A stretch of 64,000 bases of DNA from Octopus sinensis (taxonomy: Eukaryota): the NCBI RefSeq assembly GCF_006345805.1, contig NC_043007.1:620001-684000 (forward strand), in the 5' to 3' direction. How positions within the stretch are numbered: the stretch's first letter is position 1; every line of letters starts with the position of its first letter. The notes beneath the pieces were generated by a model, which worked only from the letters and a program-made list of their open reading frames with translations, searched no databases and had not been told where the DNA came from. A program made the position numbers and the translations under genes. Shown here piece by piece: positions 14,098 through 28,194 of this stretch.

Positions 14098-14739
14098 CCA
14101 AACTATACAGACACCACTCATACAGACGCATGCACACATGCATGAACATGTAAATAGCATAACAAGCACGCACGTGAATATGTATGTGTGGGAGTGGGTG
14201 TGTTTGCAAATATGTGTGCGTGCGGTCGTCGATCTTTGACTAAAGCGAATTTTTAAAATTTTCTTTCGCGAAAAGAAATTTTCAAAAAAATAAAAAAATA
14301 AAAAAATAACTATATAAACCAATAATAATAACAACATTGCAAATATCTTTTAGAAGAGGTAGGTGTGGTGGTAATAGCTTAAGGAGGAATGGAAGCAATC
14401 TTTGACCTTTTCCAGCATTGAAAAGTTTCCGAGTTTCTGAGATTGACGTGAGTGAAGGAAAAAGTGTTTAGAAAAAATTTCATGTGAATCGCGTAGGGTC
14501 TTGTGACTGGAGAATGATCAGGTCTTCGTTCACATTTAGATTCAAAAAATAAAACATCAACAGAAATATTCTGATCAAAAGAGTACTGAAACACCATAGT
14601 TAAATACATAGGCTTTTGTTTTTGTTGCTCTGCTACTTTGTTGCCCATATGAAGTGCATTCCAGATGTTCTGAGACTCCTGTAGGAAGGCAGTTATAAAT
14701 GTCCTAGATTATAATTTTAGTATGTCGGTATTATACGTC

Positions 14740-15090
14740 TAATCATCATCATTGTTCGACCGTGGTTAAGACAATGGAATTTACTATGTTACGCCAGACC
14801 TCACGGTCCATCATAGCATTACAGAGGTCCTGTTGCTGGATGCCTGTATCCCTGGAGATTACATCAGGGTAGGAGAGTGTGCGCTCTCTGGTATCGCGAG
14901 GAGATGGCTTCCAGAGGAGAAGAGTAGAAATTACCTCGTTTTCAGCTCTACAACAATGTCCAGCAAACTGGACTCTTCTACCTTTCACAAGAGATAATAT
15001 AGGTGGTAATTCCCCATATATTTGTACTTCGGTTGGATGACGCTTCCACGAGAGATTTTGAGCTCTCATAAGGAGGCGAGTGTAATAGGC
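14740..15090 (-). mobile_element. RTE-clade LINE, 5'-truncated 3' end
   Basis: YTRLLMRAQNLSWKRHPT...YGELPPI...RRVQFAGHCCRA...LLLWKP...MMDREVWR is a typical RTE ORF C-terminus, followed by a (TGA)n tail at about 14740-14751. Confidence 0.85.
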
Positions 15091-15344
15091 TGACCTGGTA
15101 ACTTTTATTATACCAGATTGAAGGAGAGAGCTGTAACAACACTTTCAAGACACCTTATTAAACACTGCTTGTCACAGCTGTCTAGTTTCCAGAATATAAT
15201 CGGAACGTGGAGACAATTTGGGAGCCCGCTATGCATTAAAGCTTTGTGTTAAACAGGGTAACAATTTGCAAAGAAATATATGAAATGTTCCAGAATGCTT
15301 ACTGATTAAGCTGTATGTGCCGAGTATATGTTTTTCGCTTGCAC

Positions 15345-15865
15345 AAGCGGCCAGGCAAAGCAGGGCAATGAGGAAAATTATCACGAGACCCTTCTCTGAT
15401 AGCAAGGGCATCATCTACGTCCACTGGATTCGCTCTGGCCAGACGGTCAGCAAAGTGCCCTATCGTGAAGATTTTATGGGAGATACGGAAGAGATTTCAT
15501 CGCAGAAATCCAGAACACTTACACCAGGACAATGCACCGATCTATAATTCCATCCTAGCACCATCTAACTACGTGCCAAATATGGACATCAAAACTGTCC
15601 TTCAGCTAATTTGTAATCCAGACCTTACACTCTGTGAATTTTAGTTGTTACCCGAGCTGAAGTAGAATATAAAGGAGACTGTAACAAGGGTCATAGACAC
15701 CTTCAATGTGGAGGAGGACTTTCGTGGGGCTTTCACGAAGGGGCTGATAGCGCTACAACTTCATTGAAATTTAAAGGAGATGTGTATTTTGAAGGATGTT
15801 TGTATTTCTTTGAAATTAACAAATGTCTCTCCTAAAAAATTCTCCAAACTTCTGGAATGCACTCT
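15345..15865 (+). mobile_element. Mariner transposase C-terminal remnant
   Basis: Fragments ARQS...PFSDSKGIIYVHW..GQTV, HQDNAPIYNSIL and MDIKTVLQ..NPDLTLCEF*LLPELK correspond to mariner DDD-domain motifs (HQDNAP, YSPDLAPCDFWLFPKL). Confidence 0.8.
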
Positions 15866-17424
15866 CTTTCTTAAGTCGTGAAAAATCTTGTTTACTCTGT
15901 GTACTGTTTCTCCTACACAAAGTAAGATAGAGATACAGGAGATAATGAATTTAATGGAGTTAATGCATTGGTTAAATTCAATAGCCTCAGAATATCAGTC
16001 TTTATCTACAGTTTCTTGAAGTTAATGAGATTAAAGATATATCAGTCAAGAATCGGAATGGGATGTAAATTTATAAAATAAATGAAACAGAAGCTAGCTT
16101 TGCAAGATATGCTAAAATCTGGTTAGAAATATAAAGACGCACATAAACATATATGCATAGAATTAAAGGTCTCTGGAAACGACAGAAACCTTAAGGTGAT
16201 GAACAAATCAGGTACCAGTGATTTTTATCGGAATCCCTATCAATAAGAATTTATCGATCTATTATACGTAAACAATCATTACCATACTGTTTTAAGTGAA
16301 TTACTAATATAAATTCGCACATCGAGTTCTTGCTTATTTGCCGATTAAACAAAGCCCTTTAGACGTTCCGCGTATTTCATTCACTTATGTAACATGCTCA
16401 CTTTACACACTCATACACAAGTACTCACAAAAGCACGCAGACACACACACACACACCACACACACACACACATGCACACCTGTGTGTAGGTAAAGATCAC
16501 TTAAGATGACTTAATTTTGAGGCAAACAAGGAAGAAATGCACCAAAAAATACTACGTGGTGTCACATACGTAAAAGCATGTGTTCGAAAAGCGTAGAAAT
16601 ATAAAGGAAAAAACCAACAAACAAAGAAAGGTACAATGAACTTGAAACTCTAAAGGAAGAAACAGAATCGAATCTGAACCTTTGGGTGATATACTTTATG
16701 AAATAGAATAACATAACAGAAACATGTAATGGGAAACTACTTTTTACAGTGTTTGATAAATTAAACTTTTGCATAACAAAATTATCACTTAATCAATTTT
16801 AATGACTTAATCATTTCTACGGGTATTCTAAAACATTACATTATACTTTTTATAAATTCACGGTGCATCAAGACTTCTCGCTTGAAAGCTAGCTTTAGGT
16901 CCACGAAACGGAACAAAAATTTCAAAATGCCACGCATTTCTGAATCAGCAGCTAGCTTCTCTCATACCTGGATCAGCAGCTTGTTTCACACCTGAGTTAG
17001 CAGCTTCCCTATTATGCTGTTAAGTTATTTCCACCATATACGCCTCGATGTCGTTGCTATAACAATAAACCACGGCATCAATAAGACAGACCGCCTTAAA
17101 ATAAGGAACACACACAACACACACCATACACACGCATATACACACACATACAGACATATACACACACATACTCTCACAATCGCTCATTGCTGATGTTGAG
17201 AAAGTACATACGATTTAACACAATATTAATTCAGCATTTTCTCCAAAATCTTCTGCCGAATACGAACAGAAATATCTGGCAAAATAAGCAAGGTATCATC
17301 TACGTTGTCGGTCGGGCCCCTAGAAACAGAGAAACAAAATGGAGATCGCTGTTCAACAAGGTCTAACCCCTCGATGTATACATGCACATATGAATATATA
17401 TATATATATATAAATATATACATA

Positions 17425-17566
17425 GCTTCTTCCACGAAAAGATAGTTTAAACTGTGCTCTAAATGGAGGGGTAGTCAAATCCTATTTTATAGACTCAACC
17501 ATGTTCTAAAATAAGTCGAAAGGTAACCTACTATAAATCGGCACGAACTTTCCGGATAACCCAATA
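17425..17566 (-). mobile_element. Mariner 5' end fragment with TIR, same family as 62390-62954
   Basis: TCGGCACGAACTTTCCGGATAACCCAA+TA at 17538-17566. The adjacent ~115 bp matches 62410-62530. Confidence 0.88.
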
Positions 17567-18611
17567 TTTACATTTGTATTTCTTATTATTGGTGTGATTG
17601 GTCAACTTACTAAATCGCTAGAATAAGCTTGAAGAAAAATTGGTTTCTTAGAGAGATAAAGGGTCATACAGACATGCATCCGAAGAATTCCTTTTGTAAA
17701 AAGAATAGTCGTAATATGTGATCTTCAATCTAGACTTCGTATGAAAATCTTTTACAGACAAGTGTCTTTCTCTCTTTGGACGAATAATAGACTTCTATCT
17801 TGAAGGTTTGATTAAATTCAGGCAAGGTATTCAGTTTGTATATAAACACCATACATTTTACAACTAGTATACTTAGTAGAAGGGAATAGACTTTTATTAA
17901 AATTCTGAGAGACATGTCTTAGATATTTGGAATAATGGATAATATAGATGCAAATAAACGTATCAAACCGAAGCCAGTAACCTGAAAACTGGAGTCATTA
18001 AATGCATTTAGATTTAAAAGCGAGTTGCAAGTTCTCAATCTTGTAACATTGTCATAAGTATATATGGCTTCTGATCTGCAGTTGATAAGGAGCGTTAATA
18101 CTTCTGTTTAATGCACTGCGCGTATATATTTTTGTAAGTATGTATCAACATATATATATACAAAGTTAAAGCAATGATATTGAAACATCATTTAGTAGGT
18201 AACAAGCAGTGGAGTGGATACGATAATGGAATCGTATCATTACAGCTGAGCGTTCATATTACGATAGGTGCATTAGTACTATAACTTACTAGCAAGGCAG
18301 TAAAATCTATATTTCTACTTAAGAAATCACTATACCTTTGAGCTGGACGTATTGTCCTACTAGTTTTAGTTTTTCCAATCCGTAGTAGGAGATCGTTTGA
18401 GATTTAAGTGTCAAGCTAGATACGACAGACCAACTTAAATGTACCAGTCAATATACCCCCTACCTACATACATATATACTCACAACAACCCACACACACA
18501 TACATACACACACAGACACACACATTTACACACACGTACAAGCATATATATTTATTCAAATATGTATATGTATATACGTACATACTCACACCCATCTACA
18601 CACATACATAC

Positions 18612-18711
18612 NNNNNNNNNNNNNNNNNNNNNNNNNNNNNNNNNNNNNNNNNNNNNNNNNNNNNNNNNNNNNNNNNNNNNNNNNNNNNNNNNNNNNNNNN
18701 NNNNNNNNNNN
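18612..18711. other. Assembly gap (100 N)
   Basis: Run of exactly 100 N, so the true size and contiguity are unknown. Confidence 1.
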
Positions 18712-18772
18712 AAAGTCTGCTTATCAGCATATTGGCATAGAAATAATTTTTCTTTTGCCCTTGTTTATAAGT

Positions 18773-18830
<58 letters not shown>

Positions 18831-19789
18831 AAACTCACAGACAGAGACAGAAGCAGACTGAAGAGGAGGGGAGAGGAAGAGATATGGAAAGAAAGAAAGA
18901 AAGAAGAAAGAAAGAGAGCATTGGAATACGTAACTACAATGATGGATTCTCAGTTTTGACACGATTTCATCAGATACATAAAAGCTTAAGAAAAAGATAA
19001 AAAGATGGGAAGCTCTTTTTACTGGAATACTTTTAATTATAGCTTGTGTTGTTGTTTTTTGTTGTTGTTTTTTTGTTTGTTTTTTTAATCAGATCCGCTT
19101 TAGAGCTGAACAACAACAAAACTCTTTCATTAGATCATTTACCCAACGTAATGAATGTACAAACCTTGTTGTACGTACAAAGTTCGGCAGTTTCTTGTGC
19201 TACATAAAAATTACTGAATGAAATACACGGCTTCGTTCAACGGATTTTGGTTGTGTGAAGTGATGGCTGCCTTTACGCTTTGGTAATTAAGTCACTGGAT
19301 ACACGAGTAGATAACGGAAAACTAATTAGTTGGATTGGTTGATTAACGGATTTTGGAGATTGTTAATTATGTAATAGATTGGCGAAATTTTTGAGTGTGT
19401 AGGAAAATCTACAAAGGGCTACATATTTAAGAATTGTTCTGGCAAAGTATTCACAAAGAACTACGTGTATTCTTTAAAGTATATGACCGTGACAAATTTG
19501 GTAATTGTGTAGTTGTGTTGATAACGAGATAACTAGTGTCCTGGTCTGATTCAGTCTTGTCTGCAGTGATGGTCGACTGACTGGGCCATGAATTGGCCAT
19601 TGGAAAAAAATGCCTGTTGGAATTTATTCTTCCTCTTTAAATTATGAGTCTTTCGTTAGTAACGTGAAGAAATTCTTTGCACAAACATGGCAGAAAATAC
19701 TGGAACAGAACAGGAATTATGCCATTCATTGAATAAATTGCTTTGCGCTTCAAACTTTTGCTCTATTATTACTTAAAATATTATGTATG

Positions 19790-19864
<75 letters not shown>

Positions 19865-20116
19865 TATCTGTATGTATATATGTATATGTATGTATGTATA
19901 TATATATGTATATATATATAACTTATATACATATATATGCTATATACATACATATGTATGCACCTATACACGTTGATTTGTATATATGCATCTATATAAT
20001 ATACGAATATAACACATGTCTGTGAAGTAGGTGGAGGCAGAAAATGATTTGATAAAGGCTGGCTTTTGTATATACATACATACATATATTTATATTATAT
20101 ATATATATATATATAT

Positions 20117-20150
<34 letters not shown>

Positions 20151-20734
20151 CTATATATATATATATATATATATTGTGTGGGGGGGGGTTGCAATGATTG
20201 ATATAGACAAGATACATATGTCAAAACTGAGAAATGAAAATTAGATACAAATATCATTAGCTATATTAGATCAGAGCTAAAGTCATCCAAAAAGATAATA
20301 CTACAGGATATATCATTGTAGACATTATTGCATTAGCAGTACCAGTGATAACCGCTAGTTTCGGAGTAATAAATTTGATAGCGATCGTATTAACACGGCT
20401 AGACAAGAGAATTAACGAGATCGTTTAGCATACGGTGAATGATGGATATTTGACATGTTATATTCATCACAGAGACTAAATTGGAGAAGAGGTGAACGGG
20501 CTAATACAATTACCCCGCGCCAAATAATAATAATAATAATAATAATAAAATAATAATAATAATAAATAATAATAATAATAATAATAATAATATAATGCTA
20601 TATAGATGACAGAAATAATCTTTTATATATGTTGTGTGTGTGGGCGTGTGTAGACGAACGTTGTAGAACATTCTAGAAAATGGCGATATTATTGTCAGAG
20701 AATAGTTAAGGAATACGGCTAATATAAAAGGACG

Positions 20735-20943
20735 TACAGCAACTCCTCGCCATATCGCGGTTCACCTATCGCGTACTCAGTGCATCGCGGATTTTTCTGG
20801 CTACTATATGTAACTTTATACGCGGACTCCTCAGTATATCACGGGTTTCTGCGGCCGGTAGGTATTTATAATTGTTTAGATTTTCATTATTTGTGTGGGG
20901 GTTCTTGGAATGTAAGCCCCGCGATAGTCGAGGGATTAATCTA
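20735..20943. mobile_element. Tigger/pogo-like MITE, degenerate
   Basis: TA-CAGCAACTCCTCGCCATATCGCGG on the left and CCGCGATAGTCGAGGGATTAATCTA on the right form imperfect TIRs. Confidence 0.55.
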
Positions 20944-21284
20944 TTCAGCTTTCACTGAAAACGGTGAAATAGATTGATAGAATGATCATGATGATGACAG
21001 ACCTCATCGTTCTCCTTCTCCTACTCTTCATCATCATCGTCGTCGTCGTCGCCGACGTCATCGTCGTCGTCGTCATCGTCATCATTATCATGATCTATTA
21101 TTATCTTGTTTATGCTTTCATGGCTTATGTGTGTGCTTATATGTATAGGTGCATGTATGCATATGTGTGTACATATATATATATATATGTGTGTGCGTAT
21201 GTATATACATATATCTTTACGCACACAGGCACAACACACACACACACATACACACAGACACACACATATTATGTAACCGCATTC

Positions 21285-21430
21285 TTTTTCTTCCTTCGTC
21301 TTGGACTGTCCTATTTTTCCTGTTTCCGAAGAAGAGCTATGCTCGAAACATAAAACTACTACTCTTTTCCTTCTCTGAGCGTCTTATTAACATATTACTT
21401 GTGCTACGACTACACGTTCGTTTGATAGTT
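21285..21430 (+). mobile_element. Hammerhead-bearing repeat, family E2
   Basis: GTTT-CCGAAGA-A-GAGC-TAT-GCTC-GAAA-CATA-AAAC at 21322-21356, homologous to 33404-33439. Confidence 0.65.
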
Positions 21431-21570
21431 TTCTTTTTCTTCTCTGTGTTTTTTTATATTGACTGTCTTATATATATATATTATATATATATATATATAT
21501 ACATGATACCATACATACATACATACATACATACATACATACATAATACATACATACATACATACATATA

Positions 21571-21958
21571 GGCGCAGGAGTGGCTGTGTGGTAAGTAGCG
21601 TGCTTACTAGCCACATGATTGCGGGTTCAGTCCATCTGCGTGGCACCTTGGTCAAGTGTCTTCTACTATCGCCTCGGGCCGACCAAAGCCTTCTGAGTGG
21701 ATTTGGTAGATGGAAACTGAAAGAAGCGCGTCGTATATATATATATGTGTGTGTGTATGTTTGTGTATGTGTGTTTGCCTCCCACCCCGGCACCGCTTGA
21801 CAACCGATGTTGGTGTGTTTACGTCCCCGTAACTTAGCGGTTCGGTAAAAGTGACCGATAGAATAAGTACTTGGCTTAGAAAGAATAAATTTTCGCGTCG
21901 ATTTGCTCGAGAAAAGGCGGTGCTCCGGTATGGCCGCTGTCAAATGACTGAAACAATC
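21571..21958 (+). mobile_element. SINE family A, full length
   Basis: tRNA-like head (TGGCTGTGTGGTAAG...GGGTTCAGTCC), CORE-like block, internal (TA)/(TG)n and tail GGCGGTGCTCC...GACTGAAAC. Confidence 0.93.
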
Positions 21959-22112
21959 AAAAAAATATATAAATATATATGTATATTCACTGGCAAAACA
22001 GAAACAAATGCTTACATACACACGCAATCACACAAACACACACGCACATATACATAAATATATAGAGAGAGAGACACACACACATACGCTCAAACACACA
22101 CACACACACACA

Positions 22113-22153
<41 letters not shown>

Positions 22154-22378
22154 ACACACACGAAAACACACAAACACGTGCGCACCATATCTTCTTTATT
22201 TAGCTGTTGGCGTTGTGTGAAATCTATGAATGTCACACGAACAATCTCGTTTCCTATTTCTTCCCACCATTTTCCATCCCAGCCCGCAGCCATAAGTCTC
22301 AGATCTTCACCATTCCATGTTAGAAACTGATATGATCACATCTCATTGCCATGGTGTTGCCGTGAATATGTATGTACG

Positions 22379-22413
<35 letters not shown>

Positions 22414-23055
22414 GTCTCTGGATATTCTTGTCATACATTCTCATAACCCGTTAAAGAAAGATCAAACTGCTTTGACATTAATGTTCTTGTAGAGAACGTA
22501 TATACGTATAAGTGTGTGTGTTTGCGTATGTTTATGTGTGCGTCTTTGTGTTTTATTACGATAAAGGAAAAAACACCGGTTTGAGGGGTTTTTTTATGTC
22601 CCCTTTTCTAGTAGTTCTGCAAAAGAGACAATATAATGCTATGGAAGAATCCTGAACGCCCCCACGTGACTGAAGGTGGTTTAATGGATTAAAATAAATA
22701 AGAACTGAATGAACTGTCAGTGGGATGGGGTGGGGTGTAGTTGACGGTCTTAGTTGCACCGTAAATTTATGACTGACGAAGCGAGTGGTAAAGGATATCA
22801 AAGAACGATACCCACGGGGAGGAACTGAAGAAGCCTTATAGTGTATGAAAAAGGCGTCGAAATTGAAAAGAGAATAACAAAAATGAAAATGTTATCGGAA
22901 AGAAAATGGAAAACCATGAGGGTAAGAAAGGTGTGCTGTTGGAGAGAGAAAGAGGGGAGTGGTTAGTAGAACTATTTGGAAAAAAACAGAGTTGAAATAA
23001 CACCATTTCAGTATAGATACGACGAGCTGCCGCCTGTTGTAATTTTTGACGATAT

Positions 23056-23475
23056 ATATTTCTTTACTACCCACAAGGGGCTAAACACAGAGGGGACAAA
23101 CAAGGACAGACACACGGATTAAGTCGATTACATCGACCCCAGTGCGTAACTGGTACTTAATTTATTGATCCCCCGAAAAGATGAAAAACAAAGTCGACCT
23201 TGGCGGAATTTGAACTCAGAACGTAGCGGCAGACGAAATACCTATTTCTTTATTACCCACAAGAGGTTAAACACAGAGGAGACAAACAAGGACAGACAAA
23301 CGGATTAAGTCGATTACATCGACCCCAGTGCGTAACTAGTACTTAATTTATCGACCCCGAAAGGATGAAAGGCAATGTCGACCTCGGCGGAATTTGAACT
23401 CAGAACGTAGCGGCAGACGAAATACGGCTACGCATTTCGCCCGGCGTGCTAACGATTCTGCCATCTCGCCGCCTT
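23056..23475 (-). mobile_element. SINE family D, head-plus-tandem dimer with 14-bp TSD
   Basis: Two ~185-bp units (23056-23241, 23242-23425) plus the head. ATTTTTGACGATAT flanks both sides (23042-23055, 23476-23489). Confidence 0.95.
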
Positions 23476-23825
23476 ATTTTTGACGATATTATGTAACATT
23501 TGTGGTAATTTTGTGTTAAGGAAAAGATACAAGATTGTAAAGTAAAACTGTAATTTAAAAAACAGTAAAATGAAACGACCTACTTTGGTGGGTAGGAAAG
23601 CCGTTTCATTATCATTTTAATTATATTCAAAATTCATCCGATATGTATTTTCATGTACCTCAATGTATTTGCTTTGTCTGTCCTTGTACTGTCCCTTCTC
23701 TGTTATGGCCGTAGTGCCAAAATAAAGAAATGGGAGTTAGTTCGGCCGTGTTGGTTTAGCTGTCGGTAGTTTAGCAGTGAATATTGCGTATCGTACCTAC
23801 GTTCGAGTGACACGGAGTGCGTTAT

Positions 23826-24220
23826 GTGTTAACTTGCTTACGAACCACAATGTTCCGGGTTCAGTCCCACTGCGTGGCACCTTGGGCAAGTGTCTTCTAC
23901 TATAGCCTCGGGCCGACCAAAGCCTTGCGAGTGGATTTGGTAGACGGAAACTGAAAGAAGCCCGTCGTATATATGTATATGTATATATATAAGTGTGTGT
24001 GTGTGTGTGTGTTTATGTTTGTGTGTCTGTGTTTTTTCCCCCCAACATCGCTTGACAACCGATGCTGGTGTGTTTACGTCCCCGTAACTAAGCGGTTCGG
24101 CAAAGGAGACCGATAGAATAAGTACTAGGCCTACAAAGAATAAGTCCTGGGATCAATTTGGTCGACTAAAGGCGGTGCTCCAGCATGGCCACTGTCAAAT
24201 GACTGAAACAAGTAAAAGAG
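23826..24220 (+). mobile_element. SINE family A, near full length
   Basis: High similarity to 21571-21958; ends GACTGAAACAAGTAAAAGAG. Confidence 0.93.
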
Positions 24221-25593
24221 TATATATTTCTGCGACAGGTTATTCTTAGATAACCAGAACCTTTTTATTTGTGCAATACCATTTTACACCAGACGTGTAG
24301 ACACACATCATAACATACGATAAGAATCTTACTTAAAAATAAAATACAGCAGCCTATTTGATAGACTAAACATTTCACGGCTGTGTACATTCCGTTTGTA
24401 GATCTCTTCAATACCCATCGGCCCCTTAAATCACGTTAAGATTTCTTTGAGGTGTAAGCATATGGCTCCTGCTGGAAATGAGTTCTTTATACAATAAGTA
24501 ATAAGCTGCAGATTTTTAAAATGTATTTGTTAATCGCACGAATTTTACCAGTTGTCAGTAGTCGGTGTTGGCTTTCCTGTATATTTAATGATTTTGAAAA
24601 GAAGGTAAGTTGATATTTTAAGAAGAATTAGCTACGATTTCTTATATGTCGAAGAACGAATTAGAGACGACTTTGTTTACTCTAGAGACTTGGTCTTTCT
24701 TTGGCGCGGCGTCTTCGCTACCTACGGTGTAAACGGAAGAAAAATACACAGGTCGCGCCAGATCTTTTCGTCTGGCTAACTGATTACTATAGAACTCTCC
24801 CGGCGATAGCAGCAGACCTGGAGCCTAGCAACAACAACAGAAGAAGCAACAACAACAACAACAACGACATCATCATCATCAACAGCAACAACATCCCAGT
24901 AGTTTCTTATAATGACCCACGGGGGTCATAATTATTGCTCCGTTCTCCTGACTGAAATTGTACTATACAGAAGATCATACAGTAATCAGATATATATATA
25001 TAAATCCGTCTGAACATTCAACAGTTCGCTTTTGATCTCCACCACTCAACCTCGCGACAACCACAAAACAATTACATTTAGCAACAACAACACTGAAATT
25101 CTGCTCTCCTTTTTTGCCTCTCCTTTTTCCTAATGTAAAAATGGCTATAAGTCAGTCAAATTGTGTTGTCTGTAATATGATTTTAGTATCGAAAACACTA
25201 ATAATGCCGCCGAGATCATCACCATTCCGTGGAGTATTATTTGGAGAGAGAAAAAAAAATACAGCAGTAGAGAAAGACACACACACACACACACAAATAG
25301 AGGGAGCATGACAGAGAGAGAGAGGAGAGAGAGACATGGAGAGATGTACTGTTATGTTATTACAACGTTTATGCTCTGTACATTGTTGTCTTTCATCTCT
25401 CGACATACACATCGTCCTATTGACAGATCTGACGACTGCATTTAGAAATATCAATGCCGCGTTTGTTTGTACGAACGTTCTTACCCGCGTGCCATTTGCA
25501 GACAGCATTTATTGAACACCATTATGCTATCGAATATTTATGCTTTATACAACACTACGCATAGCTCTTATTTATTTATTAATACATAGATAT

Positions 25594-25645
<52 letters not shown>

Positions 25646-25994
25646 TTGTAGGGAGAGAGCGTTTTTGCATTTTTTGTTTTGTTTTGTTTTGTTTTTTTGT
25701 CGATATCGCAAAAGCAATGAGGAAGATACTGTATTGCTTTATGTATCATAAGGAATACCTATTATTGATTTATGTTTTAGAGTCCGATATACTTGTGCTA
25801 TAATAATCTTTATTGACACACTTTCATAATTATATTACGTATCCACTGACGCGCAGCATTGATACGGTTGTATCGATACTAATGTATACGGTAGTGTGCC
25901 CACGCATAGAAGGTATACAAAAATACAACTATATAAAATATGTATATATATGTATACGTATATATGTATACATACATATATGTATATATATATG

Positions 25995-26040
<46 letters not shown>

Positions 26041-26534
26041 GTGTGTGTAGATATGTATATATTTATGTATATATATATATATATATATGCCTATATAGAG
26101 ACGGAAGGAGAGACATGTATATGTGTGTATATGTATATATGTGTATGTGAATAGATATATGTAAATATATGTGTGAGTGTGAGTGTGTATAGACTATATG
26201 TATATACATATATAGATATACATATATATCGTTATGTATGTATGCATGTTTTTACATATATATATATGCGTGTGTGTGTGTGCGTGTGTGCGTGTGTGTG
26301 TGTTCCTGTAAGCATATAAATATATATGTATGTGTGTGCGTGCGTGCGTATTTGTGATTGCATTATGTGTGTATATATACATTATTATGCAGTATATAGT
26401 ATATGTATTGTAGCATTTTGTATGCACACACACACATTCATACACACATATACAGACACAAACATAATGTATATGTACACAAACATATATGCATGTATAC
26501 ATGTAATATATACATGTAAGATATATATATATAC

Positions 26535-26590
<56 letters not shown>

Positions 26591-27033
26591 GTATGTATAT
26601 AATGCATATATATACATGCATGTATGAATCTATCTATCGATATATACAAATGTGTATATATATATACACATATATATACATGGTCGATATATATTATATC
26701 AATTTCTTTCACATTTTCGTTTATTATTCCCAGCCTACGTTTGTTTGGAACGAGGTAAAGGTACAGTTCATTCTGTTATCGTCAAAGATAACATTGCTAA
26801 TGTTGACGAGGAGGAGGGGGAGGTGAAGAAACAAAAGAAAATGTGGCTTTATGATGTAATTCGTGTTGTTGTTGTTATCGTTGTTGTTCTTTTAGCACAT
26901 CGCATACTATTTTGATCGAGATGGTCTCTAGTCACTTATTCTGTACACTAGAACATTCTAGTTTCTGACTGGCTTAGTATACAATGCATGAAATACACAC
27001 ACATATATAGATATACATCCTAATATTACGACA

Positions 27034-27395
27034 TCACTCCGTCGGTTACGACGGCGAGGGTTCCAGTCCATCCGATCAACAGAACAGCCTGCTCGTGGAA
27101 TTAACGTACAAGTGGCAGAGCACACCACAGACACATGTACCCTTAACGTAGTTCTCGGGGTGTTTCAGCGTGACACAAAGTGTGACAAGGCTGGCCCTTT
27201 GAAATACAGGTACAACAGAAACAGGAAGAAGGAAGAGTTGGGGGAAAGAGTAGAGCGGGGCTCGCCACCATCCCCTGTCGAAGTCTAGTGGAGCTTTAGG
27301 TGTTTTCGCTCAATAAACACTTACAACGCCCGGTCTGGTAATCGAAACCGCGATCCTACGACCGCTTCCCTAACCACTGGGCCATCACTCCTCCA
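27034..27395 (-). mobile_element. SINE family B, full length
   Basis: Reverse complement has A-box TGGCCCAGTGG and B-box-like GGTTTCGATTACC, then body and tail AACCGACGGAGTGA. Confidence 0.92.
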
Positions 27396-27422
27396 CATAT
27401 CCATATAGATAGATAGATAGAT

Positions 27423-27461
<39 letters not shown>

Positions 27462-27530
27462 TAGTATTCTCCATTTTTAAGAAATTTGTTGAATTCTATG
27501 GGATACTTTTCTATAAATTCATATAACACA

Positions 27531-27569
<39 letters not shown>

Positions 27570-27710
27570 GTTGAAAGTTCAAAATACGAAGACAGGTGTA
27601 TAAACAACAAGCAGGTGTATTAGTTTGACGTTCGGGAGGGAGAAAAAGTCTTTTACAGTTCGAGCCTACGCTCTTTAGCAGAAAGGAACACGAGGAAATA
27701 AACACAGAGA
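27570..27710 (-). mobile_element. Family E1 hammerhead-bearing repeat, degenerate core
   Basis: Reverse complement reads CTTT-CTGCTAA-A-GAGC-GTAG-GCTC-GAAC-TGTA-AAAG; the 3' end abuts (TA)n. Confidence 0.7.
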
Positions 27711-28194
27711 TAATTTTTTAAAAAAACTTGTGGATTTAGCGGTCAATATAATTTACTGAAAAAAATCTAAGTCAAACACCTCCTTCAAAAATGTCATTAT
27801 ATAAAATGGGATAAAACTAAATTCGTCCATATTTTATATGGTAAGCATTGGGACATATACTCTGGCTTCTTGCATCCTTAAATCCAAAACTTGTCGATGA
27901 TTAATTTACCTTATATTATTCCGGGAGCGATAAATAAGGAATCAGTCTCGGGCAGTGGAGCTGTTGGAATCATTTGAACAAACACTTTAGAGTATTTGCT
28001 CTGGTTCTTCGCATTCTGAGCACAAAAATTGCTCCGGTTTGCTTAGATAATGTTAAAGATAGGATGCAACCGCTCATTGGGAAGTAGGTTTCTTTGAGCC
28101 AGGAAGATGTTTTGTCATTCAAGAGGCTCGTTAATGGTGCCTTGATAACTTGACACTGACGAAATGCATTGCCCGCCTTATAGCATGAATGTAG

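Noticed and set aside
14379-14648. 89-aa non-repetitive ORF downstream of the RTE fragment
   Set aside because: No recognisable motif or splice support; the length is compatible with chance.
17226-17319. Candidate terminal exon on the minus strand (GPTDNVDDTLLILPDISVRIRQKILEKMLN*)
   Set aside because: Good acceptor, but no recognised protein, no nearby poly(A) signal and no partner exons.
18439-18861. 140-aa ORF
   Set aside because: Spans the 100-N assembly gap and microsatellites.
22825-22862. CTGAAGA...GCCTT/AAGGC...GAAA hammerhead candidate
   Set aside because: The stem is not adjacent to GAAA, and there is no stem III, triplet or stem I.
24828-24910. Poly-Q/H coding tract typical of transcription factors
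   Set aside because: In the Q/H frame it is bounded by TAG immediately upstream and TAA downstream, with no polypyrimidine acceptor.
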